Below, in pieces: positions 1-11,200 of a DNA stretch of 64,000 bases. The notes below the pieces were generated by a model. The model saw only the letters and a program-made list of their open reading frames with translations. It was not told where the DNA came from and ran no database searches. The DNA lies in the NCBI RefSeq assembly GCF_006345805.1, contig NW_021835975.1, forward strand, positions 1 to 64,000. The letters run 5' to 3'. The stretch is from Octopus sinensis (taxonomy: Eukaryota). A program made the position numbers and the translations under genes. Numbering within the stretch: position 1 is the first letter of the stretch; the number at the start of each line of letters is the position of its first letter.

Positions 1-258
1 GACCGGGCGTTGTGAGTGTTTATTGAGCGAAAACACCTAAAGCTCCACGAGGCTCCGGCAGGGATGGTGGTGACCCCTGCTGTACTCTTTCACCACAACT
101 TCCTCTCACTCTTACTTCCTGTACTGTTGTACCTGTATTTCAAAGGGCCGGCCTTGTCACTCTCTGTGTCACGCTGAATATCCCCGAGAACTACGTTAAG
201 GGTACACGTGTCTGTGGAGTGCTCAGTCACTTACACGTTAATTTCACGAGCAGGCTGT
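1..258 (+). mobile_element. tRNA-derived SINE, family A (5' end outside window)
   Basis: Reverse complement of the 60960-61262 copy, which carries A/B-box-like head (TGGCCCAGTGG...GGTTTTGATTCC). Confidence 0.75.
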
Positions 259-260
259 GA

Positions 261-280
261 AATACATACATACATACATG

Positions 281-325
<45 letters not shown>
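261..325. repeat. (CATA)n/(TA)n microsatellite
   Basis: Direct reading. Confidence 0.95.
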
Positions 326-327
<2 letters not shown>

Positions 328-551
328 CATTATCTATAGACGTTACAATTGTTTCGACACATTTTTACACTTGATCATTGGTGAGATGTTGTGTAATCAT
401 TATCACCAATTCAAGGTGTGAAATGCACCTTCTTTGAGTAAGACTTTATACGAGCTTTATATAGCATTCCACAAGGGTTTTACCCGTATATTTACTCGCG
501 TATGTGTGTATATGTATAAAAGCGGAGCAAGAGTGCACACGAAGACGGAAA

Positions 552-597
552 GTGTCGCTGAAGAGTTCACAGAGGTGTGACGAAAGATTTCCGGACG
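552..597 (+). ncRNA. Minimal type I hammerhead ribozyme motif
   Basis: GTGTCG-CTGAAGA(558-564)-GT[T]CACA gagg TGTGAC-GAAA(582-585)-GATT-TC-CGGAC; bulged stems I and II, G-U in stem III. Confidence 0.55.
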
Positions 598-950
598 ATA
601 AACATAAATTAGAATAAGAACGGTAATAAATGAGTGAAAAGGGAATTATATAGTGCGTCTGTTTATTTGGCAAAAAGAGTTTAAAAAATACAATATCTGT
701 TTCAACGCACGGTTTAACATCAAGAATCTTGCAGCACATATATATATAAAAGGATATATTTACAGAAAACAACAAAAGACGAAGACAGGTGCAGGAATAA
801 CAAGCAGGTGCATTAGTTTGACTGAATATATATATAAAATATTAGGGAATAAATCCAAACTTACAGGGAAAAATCAGATTTAGGATTAAATCCAATTTTA
901 TAGTAAAATATTATTATTTGATTAAACCTTGCTAAGTTAAATATTTAAAT

Positions 951-1013
951 CACCTGAAGAATGACTGTAACTCGAAATTTTAAGAATTGGACAGCCATGA
1001 AACGATTGTAGTG
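951..1013 (+). ncRNA. Minimal type I hammerhead ribozyme motif
   Basis: CAC-CTGAAGA(954-960)-ATGACTGT...ACAGCCAT (7/8 bp)-GAAA(999-1002)-CGATTG-TA-GTG; GUA triplet, 3-bp stem I. Confidence 0.65.
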
Positions 1014-1149
1014 TTATACTAATTATCTTTTTTTAATAATTTTGATATATATTTAAAATAATATAAATTAATTAATCTTATGTATTGGCTTAAGTTTTTC
1101 ATTGTATGATTTGCCTTATAGTGGTTTTATCTCTAATTTAATATAATAT

Positions 1150-1360
1150 AATATATATATATAAATTAGAAAAAAAAACACCTTTTATCAATTCATGATA
1201 TATACGATTTATTTATTATTTTGCACATTACTTAATCATCGGTATATTATTGTTATTTTATATTTAATATTTCTATTATATGTAATTTTCTAGATGGTGT
1301 AATTTAATTGTTCATTTTGAATTGATAAAAGGTGTTTTTTTCTAATTTTATATATATATA
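1150..1360. repeat. Inverted repeat pair with ~120-nt spacer
   Basis: TAAATTAGAAAAAAAAACACCTTTTATCAATTCA (~1162-1195) versus TGAATTGATAAAAGGTGTTTTTTTCTAATTTTA (~1318-1350). Confidence 0.8.
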
Positions 1361-1454
1361 TATTATATATATATATATTATATTTCGTGAAATTTGATTT
1401 AGTATTTCTAAATTGAATTTTTCCCTGTAAGTTATGTATAATATTCCCTCAAAT

Positions 1455-1486
<32 letters not shown>

Positions 1487-1504
1487 CACTGTATATATAT
1501 ATAT

Positions 1505-2716
1505 TACCAAGTCAAAGCCCTTTGTCAGATCAATGAAGGCCATATATAATGGCATGTTCTGCTCTCTGGACTTCTGAAGTTGGCGTATGGAGAATATCAT
1601 GTCAATAGTTGATCTGCTTCTTCTAAAGCCACAGCGCGATTCTGGATAAATTCGAGAAGCAATGGACAGGATAATGCGAGCAGAGGCCTTTCCAACTGTG
1701 CTTAGAAGAGATATTCCACGGTAATTGTTACAATCATCACGGTCACTTCTATTTTTGTAAAGCGTAATGATGTTAGCATCCCGCATATTCTGAGGGACTG
1801 TACCCTCTTACCAGCACTGACACAGAAGCTCATGAATGTGCCGAAGCAGGATGGTGTTTTTGCCGGTTTTGATGATCTCTGAGGGATGCCGTCTTTTCCC
1901 GGAGCCTTGTTACTTGCTAGGGAGTCAATAGATTGGTGAGCTCTGCTATAGATGGCAGACTGTCAAGTTCACACATGACTGGCAAGATCTTGACACCCTC
2001 GATTGCAGCCTCAGCTACCGTGGTCTCTCGTGAGTAGAGATCCTGGCAGTACTCCATCCATCTATCCATTTGCTTGCTTTGGTCCCTGATGAGATCTCCA
2101 CTAGTTGATTTCAGAGGGGCTGAGGTATTTGCGGATGGACCGAGGGCCTTCTTCAAACCGGCATACATCCACGGGTGTCGCCACTGTCAGCAGCTGACTG
2201 GATACTCTGACAGATTTCCTTTCAATACCCATTTGCATAGCGTCTGGCAGTCAGTTGGGTTTTATTTCTTGCCTTTCTGAGTTCTTCGTGTGACTTTGTA
2301 GAAGAATCACTCTTGTATTGCATCAGAGCTGTACGCTTTGCTTCGATAACTGGTTCCAGCTCTGAGAGCCCAGCACTGAACAAAATCTGGGTTTTACCTT
2401 TCTCTCATTCCGAAAGTATCTATTGATGTGGTATACAAAGCTTCCCTGATATAATTCCACCTACTTTCAGCAGAGGAGGTTGGGCAGCTACTGAGGGCAA
2501 CCTTGATAAAAACAGCAAACATTGTCGCAGTGTAGGGTTCGAGGTTCTGGCAGTGTTAATGTGTGGTTGGCTAATTTTCTTGGAGTGATGGACTTTTTAG
2601 GCAGAATCCTCACCCTTCTTATTAGTGAATGATCTGTGTCACAATCCGCGCTACGGGTCAGTTGAACAGAATTCAGAAAGGATCTTCGTGTAATGATGAG
2701 ATCCAACTGATAACAG
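1505..2716 (-). mobile_element. RTE-clade LINE relic (endonuclease end, linker, RT start), disrupted
   Basis: Peptides QLDLIITRRSFLNSV...DCDTDHSLI and NYRGISLLSTVGK...ESRCGFRRSRSTIDMIF...YMAFIDLTKGFDLV; stops and frameshifts. Confidence 0.9.
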
Positions 2717-3194
2717 TGGTGTCTCGTAGCCGCGGACATTGAGCCCAATGGCGCCCAGAGCGCAGCTCCGGTCGCCATAGCGCTCACTGTTGTCTCGTAG
2801 CCGCGGATATTGAGCCCAATGGCGCCCAGAGCGCAGCTCCGGTCGCCATAGCGCTCACTGTTGTCTCGTAGCCGCGGACATTGAGCCCAATGGCGCCCAG
2901 AGCGCAGCTCCGGTCGCCATAGCGCTCACTGTTGTCTCGTAGCCGCGGACATTGAGCCCAATGGCGCCCAGAGCGCAGCTCCGGTCGCCATAGCGCTCAC
3001 TGTTGTCTCGTAGCCGCGGACATTGAGCCCAATGGCGCCCAGAGCGCAGCTCCGGTCGCCATAGCGCTCACTGTTGTCTCGTAGCCGCGGACATTGAGCC
3101 CAATGGCGCCCAGAGCGCAGCTCCGGTCGCCATAGCGCTCACTGTTGTCTCGTAGCCGCGGACATTGAGCCCAATGGCGCCCAGAGCGCAGCTC
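2717..3194 (+). repeat. 71-bp GC-rich tandem array, ~6.7 near-identical copies
   Basis: Units start at 2717, 2788, 2859, 2930, 3001, 3072, 3143. Confidence 0.97.
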
Positions 3195-3312
3195 AATAGA
3201 CTCCTTATACCCTAAGGAAGGCATGTGTAAAATTTGAATGAAATTGGTTGAGTAGTTCTCAAGTTATAGGGAAATACACAGACAGACAGAGACACATTCT
3301 CAGATACATAAA
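3150..3312 (+). mobile_element. Non-autonomous Helitron/Helentron (HINE/DINE-like) fragment
   Basis: Homologous to 4841-5005; AAATTTGAATGAAATTGGTTG...GTAGTTCTC...ACAGACAGACAGA layout resembles HINE-type elements. Confidence 0.45.
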
Positions 3313-3639
3313 AGAATGAGAGTGGGTGATTTTTTTATATATACACACATTTATATATACATATTTATATATAGAAACACACGCACACACACACAACACA
3401 CACACACACACACTCGCATACATTATAGCGTGAGTGATGAAGATGGCCCCTAGCAACCACACCTTTTAAGATGGATTTCTAAGGTAGCCGACGAGCATCG
3501 TCACCTCATTCTACATGTCCCTGTAACCTTTGGAGCGAATCGGACGGATGTTGTACTGGCATTGAAAGCGATCCAAGCGGTAAAAACGCATTTCAGTTCT
3601 ATATAGAGAGATATATATAGATATATAGATATAAATATA

Positions 3640-4352
3640 TAAAAATTATATATATGTATACAAATTATATAGATGTATACAAATATATACAAACTATATA
3701 TATGTATGTAAATATATGCAAATTATATACATGTATGTAAATATATACAAATTATATACATGTATGTAAATATATACAAATTATATACATGTATGTAAAT
3801 ATATGCAAATTATATACATGTATGTAAATATATACAAATTATATACATGTATTTAAATATATACAAATTATATACCTGTATGTAAATATAGAAATTATAT
3901 TATATGTATGCAAATTATATATATGTATATAAATATATACAAATCATATATATGTATATAAATATATACAAATCATATATATGTATATAAATATATACAA
4001 ATTAAATATATGTATATAAATATATACAAATTAAATATATGTATATAAATATATACAAATCATATATATGTATATAAATGTATACACATTATATATATGT
4101 ATATAAACGTATACAAATTATATATATATGTATCTAAACGTATACAAATTATATATATATATAAACGTATACAAATTGTATATATGTTTATGAACGTATA
4201 TAATTATATATATGTATATAACGTATACAAATAATATATATGTATATAAATGTATACAAATTATATATATATGTATATAAATATATACTAATTATATATA
4301 TGTATATAAATATAAACATTATATATATGTATATAAAGATATACAAATTATA

Positions 4353-4384
<32 letters not shown>

Positions 4385-4840
4385 CAAATTATATTTATGT
4401 ATATATATATATACAAATTATATATATGTATATATATATATACAAATTATATATATGTATATAAATATATACAAATTATATATATGTATATAAATATATA
4501 CAAATTATATTTATGTATATAAATATATACAAATTATATTTATGTATATAAATATATACAAATTATATTTATGTATATAAATATATACAAATTATATTTA
4601 TGTATATAAATATATACAAATTATATTTGTATACAAATATATACAAATTATATTTATGTATACAAATATATACAAATTATATATATGTATATAAATATAA
4701 CAAATTATATATATGTATATAAATATACACAAATTATATATATACATAATATATACAAATTATACATATATGTATACAAATATATACAAATTATACATAT
4801 GTATATATATATATACAATTATATATATGTATACAAATAT
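3640..4840 (+). repeat. AT-rich ~28-30-bp minisatellite (AAATATATACAAATTATATATATGTATAT)
   Basis: Direct reading; same family continues at 5215-5598, 6086-6330 and 6420-6925. Confidence 0.9.
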
Positions 4841-5052
4841 CGTAGCCGCGGACATTGAGCCAATGGCGCCCAGAGCCTTGCCCCTGACACTCCATGGACC
4901 CTAAGCAAGGCGTGTGTAAAATTTGAATGAAATTGGTTGTGTAGTTCTCAAGATTTAGGGATTCAAACAGACAGACAGATACACATTCTTAGTTTCATAT
5001 ATATCGATATACTAGCATTATGACCCTGTCGATGCCGGGTCATAGTGCTAGT
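4841..5052 (+). mobile_element. HINE-like fragment followed by 16-bp-arm hairpin
   Basis: Shares CGTAGCCGCGGACATTGAGCC(C)AATGGCGCCCAGAGC with the 71-bp unit; hairpin arms 5011-5026 and 5037-5052 (15/16 complementary). Confidence 0.45.
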
Positions 5053-5214
5053 GCATGTATATATTTGTACATATTACACGTACATATATACATATATATA
5101 TACATTTTCACATAAAATACAAAATACAATGTTATATCTTGATATCGCTAGTGATAACAATACTCAAAATTTATAACAGACTGGAGTTATAGGCCCTTCT
5201 CTTGCAATTTTGAC

Positions 5215-6925
5215 CAATATATATATATACAAAGTATATATATGTATATAAATATATACGAATTATATATATATGTATATAGATATATACGAATTATATA
5301 TATGTATATAAATATATACGAATTATATATATGTATATAAATATATACGAATTATATATATGTATATAGATATATACGAATTATATATATGTATATAGAT
5401 ATATGCGAATTATATATATGTATATAGATATATACGAATGATATATGTATATAAATATATACAAAGGATATATATGTATATAATATATACAAAGGATATA
5501 TATATGTATATAAATATATACAAAGGATATATAATGTATATAAATATATACAAAGGATATATATATGTATATAAATATATACAAATGATATATATATCCT
5601 TAAAAATGTTTTAGACCGAAGGCCGCGGCCATGCTGGGGCACCACCGCTGAATGAGCTACACTAATTTGTGAATCCACCTCTGATACGTGGCACTTGATC
5701 AACAAGGGAGTTCGATGCTGCTGCCCGCATCCGCGTCTCCTGTCGTGAGGTAGGTTCATCTGGGAGTCCCAACAAGAAGAGATCCAGTTTAGTTTTAAAG
5801 AAACCCACATCCACACCATGTAAGTCTCTCAGGCATTTATGGAGGATGTTAAAGAGCTGTGGTCCTCTGAAACCAAAGCTGTTGCAGTATCTGGACCTGT
5901 ATTTTGATGGTGATGTTGGAATCCTTGGCACCATGAAGTGGCGCCCCGTCCTGCGGTGGGAGAACTTTGAATGCCAAAGTTTGGGACAAGACCGTCCAGG
6001 ATTTTCCAGATGTATATCACCGCATATCTCTCCCGCCTCCGCTCAAGGGAAAAAAGGTTTAATACCTTCAGTCTTTCCCAGTCTTTATATGTATATAAAT
6101 ATATACAAATGATATATATATATATGTATATAAATACATACAAAGGATATATGTATATAAATATATACAAATGATATATATATGTATATAAATACATACA
6201 AATGATATATATATGTATATAAAAACATACAAATGATATATATATGTATATAAATATATACAAATGATATATATATGTATATAAATATATACAAATGATA
6301 TATATATGTATATAAATATATACATATATTACTTACATATTACTTAAGAAACAGGAAGAGAGAGTGAGAGAAAGAGGGGCGAAAGAGTACAACAGAGGTC
6401 GCCACTAACCCCTGCAAATTAGATATATATAATATATACAAATTATATATATATATAAATATGTTATAATAATTATATTATGTATATACATATATACAAA
6501 TTATATATATATATGTATACTAATTATATATATGTATATAAATGTATACAAGTTATATATATATATGTATATAAATGTAGACATGTTATATATATATATG
6601 TATATAAATGTTTGAAAGTTATATATATATATATATGTATATAAATGTATGCAAGTTATAAATATATATGTATATAAATGTATGCAAGTTATATATATAT
6701 ATGTATATAAATATATGCAAATTATATATGTATATATATGTATATAAATGTATGCAATTATATATATATATATATGTATATAAATGTATGCAAATTATAT
6801 ATATATGTATATAAATGTATGCAAATTATATATATGTATATGTATGTATGCAAATTATATATATATATGTATATGTATGTATGCAAAATATATATATATA
6901 TGTATATGTAAGTATGCAAATTATA
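5215..6925 (+). repeat. AT-rich minisatellite field interrupted by a LINE fragment and a SINE A fragment (~6345-6415)
   Basis: Same ~29-bp unit on both sides of the 5600-6085 LINE piece. Confidence 0.85.
5600..6085 (-). mobile_element. CR1/L2-group LINE 3' end, 5'-truncated
   Basis: [20 protein letters not shown]...FGFRGPQLFNIL...FFKTKLDLFLLGLPDEP, then 3' UTR. Confidence 0.85.
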
Positions 6926-8220
6926 TGATTGATTGATTGCTTGATTGATTTTAGTTTCAGCTCATGAGCTGTGGCCATGCTGGTGCACCGCCATTTGTGT
7001 TGCTACATGGTTTTACTTCACGAAAGCTTTTTAGCAATTGCCATTTGGTGCATGAGAGAGGTCGATGCAGCTGCCCTCATCTGCACCTGCTGCCGTGAAG
7101 TTGGTTCATCTGGGACACCTGACAGGAGGAGATCCAGTTTCATTTTAAAGACATCTGCCCACCCATGCAGGTCTCTTAGGTTCTTCGAGAGGATATTGAA
7201 GAGCTGTGGGCCTCGGAAGCCCAGGCTATCACAGTATCTTGTCCTACATCTTGGTGGCAAATTGGAGTCCTAGGCACCACGCAGTGGCGCCCAGTTCTGG
7301 CATTTGTGTAACTCTCGATGCCAAAGTTCAGGACACGTACTTCCAGGATCTTCCAGATGTATATTATGGCATATCTTTCCGCCTACGCTCCAAGGAATAG
7401 TTTTAATCTCTTGTTCTTTCCAGTAGCTTACATTCTGCATAGAGGCTGTCTTCTTCGTGTAGCTACATTGGATCGCCTCGAGTTCTGTGATCAACTTGAC
7501 GCTGGATGGTGACCATAACTGAGAGCAATAGTCAAAGTGGCTTAGGACAAGTGGCTTCCAGAGGACCATCATGGTTTCTTGCTCTCTTTTTCTGAAGGTT
7601 CTGAGAATCCATCCAGCCAGTCGTCTGCATTTCATTGCCAAATTAGCAACATTTACACGAAAGGTTGCGTCATCACTCATGTAAATACCCAGGTCACGCA
7701 CTGATTGTGCCTCTGGGATTGCTATGCCTCCGGGTCCAGTGTATTCATTGGGCATTGCATTTAGTTTTGCATGCTGATAGTATAAAGCTTGAAACTTTTC
7801 AGCATTGAACTGCATGCTATTTTTTCAGCCCACTTGTATATTTTGTCCAGCTCATATTGCAGGCGTTTAGTGTCCTCAGGGTTCTGTATTGCCTGTGAAA
7901 CATTTGTATCATCTCCATAACTTGTGATCGTGGCTCTCTGCGTAGCTGAGGGCATGTCTGAGAGGGCCATTATGAACAGTAGTGGTCCCAAAACAGTGCC
8001 CTGCGGAACACCGCTCACTATTTGCGTGTTAATGGAAGTGGCCCCATTGACTACTACCACCTGACTTCTATCTTTCAGTAAGTCATGAAGCCATTCTCCC
8101 AGTTTTCCAACTATGTTGAGATCACGCAGTTTCTGAAATATCATTCCATGATCGACTTTATCAAAGGACGTTGCAAAGTCGAGATATATGACTTCCACAT
8201 TTGAGTGGTTGAGCAGCCGT
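6926..8220 (-). mobile_element. CR1/L2-group LINE, RT domain to 3' tail, 5'-truncated and disrupted
   Basis: VIYLDFATSFDKVDHG, SGVPQGTVLGPLLF, SYGDDT, MQFNAEKF; (ATCA)n tail at 6926-6950. Confidence 0.92.
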
Positions 8221-8228
8221 GTCAGCAC

Positions 8229-11200
8229 CCAGTTGATGCTATGTCGACGGAACGAACACACGTACACAGACAAATTGATGTTTATGCTATGCAGATAGAA
8301 CGAACACACATACACAGAGCGTGGTTGATGCAATGTCTACGGAACGAACACACGTACACAGACAGATTGATGTTTATGCTATGCAGACAGAACGAACATA
8401 CATACACAGAGCGTGGTTGATGCTATGTCTACGGAACGAACACACGTACACAGACAGATTGATGTTTATGCTATTCAGACAGAACGAACACACATACACA
8501 GAGCGTGGTTGATGCTATGTCTACGGAACGAACACACGTACACAGACAGATTGATGTTTATGCTATGCAGACGGAACGAACACACATACACAGAGCGTTG
8601 TTGATGCTATGTCTACGGAACGAACACACGTACACAGACAGATTGATGTTTATGCTATGCAGACGGAACGAACACACATACACAGAGCGAGGTTGATGCT
8701 ATGTCTACGGAACGAACACACGTACACAGACAGATTGATGATTATGCTATTCAGACAGAACGAACACACATACACAGAGCGAGGTTGATGCTATGTCTAC
8801 GGAACGAACACACGTACACAGACAGATTGATGTTTATGCTATTCAGACAGAACGAACACACATACACAGAGCGTTGTTGATGCTATGTCTACGGAACGAA
8901 CACACGTACACAGACAGATTGATGTTTATGCTATGCAGACAGAACGAACACACATACACAGAGCGTGGTTGATGCTATGTCTACGGAACGAACACACGTA
9001 CACAGACAGATTGATGTTTATGCTATTCAGACAGAACGAACACACATACACAGAGCGTGGTTGATGCAATGTCTACGGAACGAACACACGTACACAGACA
9101 GATTGATGTTTATGCTATTCAACAGAACGAACACACATACACAGAGCGTGGTTGATGCAATGTCTACGGAACGAACACACGTACACAGACAGATTGATGT
9201 TTATGCTATGCAGACAGAACGAACACACATACACAGAGCGTTTTGATGCTATGTCTACGAACGAACACACGTACACAGACAGATTGATGTTTATGCTATG
9301 CAACAGACGAACACACATACACAAGCGTGGTTGATGCTATGTCTACGGAACGAACACGTACACAGACAGATTGATGTTTATGCTATGCAGACAGAACGAC
9401 ACACATACACAGAGCGTGGTTGATGCTATGTCTACGGAACGAACACACAACACAGACAGATTGATTTTATGCTATGCAGACAGAACGAACACACATACAC
9501 AGAGCGTGTTGATGCTATGTCTACGGAACGAACACACGTACACAGACAGATTGATGTTTATGCTATGCAGACAGAACGAACACACATACACAGAGCGTGG
9601 TTGATGCTATGTCTACGGAACGAACACACGTACACAGACAGATTGATGTTTATGCTATGCAACAGAACGAACACACATACACAGAGCGTGGTTGATGCTA
9701 TGTCTACGGAACGAACACACGACACAGACAGATTGATGTTATGCTATGCAGACAGAACGAACACACATACACCAGAGCGTGGTTGATGCTATGTCTACGG
9801 AACGAACACACGTACACAGACAGATTGATGTTTATGCTATGCAGACAGAACGAACACACATCACAGAGCGAGGTTGATGCTATGTCTACGGAACGAACAC
9901 ACGTACACAGACAGATGATGTTTATGCTATTCAGACAGAACGAACACACATACACAGAGCGTGGTTGATGCTATGTCTACGGAACGAACACACGTACACA
10001 GACAGATTGATGTTTTTATGCTATGCAGACAGAACGAACACACATACACAGAGCGATGGTTGATGCTATGTCTACGGAACGAACACACGTACACAGACAG
10101 ATTGATGTTATGCAATGCAGACAGAACGAACACACGTACACAGAGCGTGGTTGATGCTATGTCTACGGAACGAACACACGTACACAGACAGATTGATGTT
10201 TATGCTATGCAGACAGAACGAACACACGTACACAGAGCGTGGTTGCTGCTATGTCTACGGAACGAACACACTTACACAGACAGATTGATGTTTATGCAAT
10301 GCAGACAGAACGAACACACGTACACAGAGCGTGGTTGATGCTATGTCTACGGAACGAACACACGTACACAGACAGATTGATGTTTATGCTATGCAGACAG
10401 AACGAACACACGTACACAGAGCGTGGTTGCTGCTATGTCTACGGAACGAACACACGTACACAGACAGATTGATGTTTATGCTATGCAGACAGAACGAACA
10501 CACATACACAGAGCGAGGTTGATGCTATGTCTACGGAACGAACACACGTACACAGACAGATTGATGTTTATGCTATGCAGAACGAACGAAACACATACAC
10601 AGAGCGTGGTTGATGCTATGTCTACGGAACGAACACACGTACACAGACAGATTGATGTTTATGCTATGCAGACAGAACGAACACACGTACACAGAGCGTG
10701 GTTGATGCTATGTCTACGGAACGAACACACGTACACAGACAGATTGATGTTTATGCTATGCAGACAGAACGAACACACGTACACAGAGCGTGGTTGATGC
10801 TATGTCTACGGAACGAACACACGTACACAGACAGATTGATGTTTATGCTATGCAGACAGAACGAACACACATACACAGAGCGAGGTTGATGCTATGTCTA
10901 CGGAACGAACACACGTACACAGACAGATTGATGTTTATGCTATGCAGACAGAACGAACACACATACACAGAGCGAGGTTGATGCTATGTCTACGGAACGA
11001 ACACACGTACAGACAGATTGATGTTTATGCTATGCAGACAGAACGAACACACATACACAGAGCGTGGTTGATGCTATGTCTACGGAACGAACACACGTCC
11101 ACAGACAGATTGATGTTTATGCTATGCAGACAGAACGAACACACATACACAGAGCGTGGTTGATGCTATGTCTACGGAACGAACACACGTCCACAGACAG

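Larger units (their letters stand above)
326..1400. mobile_element. Cluster of TA-bounded Penelope-like/pLTR-type fragments
   Basis: Short modules separated by TA tracts, two hammerhead motifs plus one half motif; 755-822 is an inverted homolog of 48770-48860. No RT or GIY-YIG ORF is recognisable. Confidence 0.45.

Noticed and set aside
338-362. Minus-strand GAAA-CAATTG-TA, the same 3' half as the 53.6-kb hammerhead
   Set aside because: No CUGANGA or stem II partner found upstream; at best a broken remnant.
446-775. 109-aa ORF as a Penelope GIY-YIG endonuclease
   Set aside because: Only YTGKT is suggestive; other motifs are absent and the ORF crosses repeat junctions.
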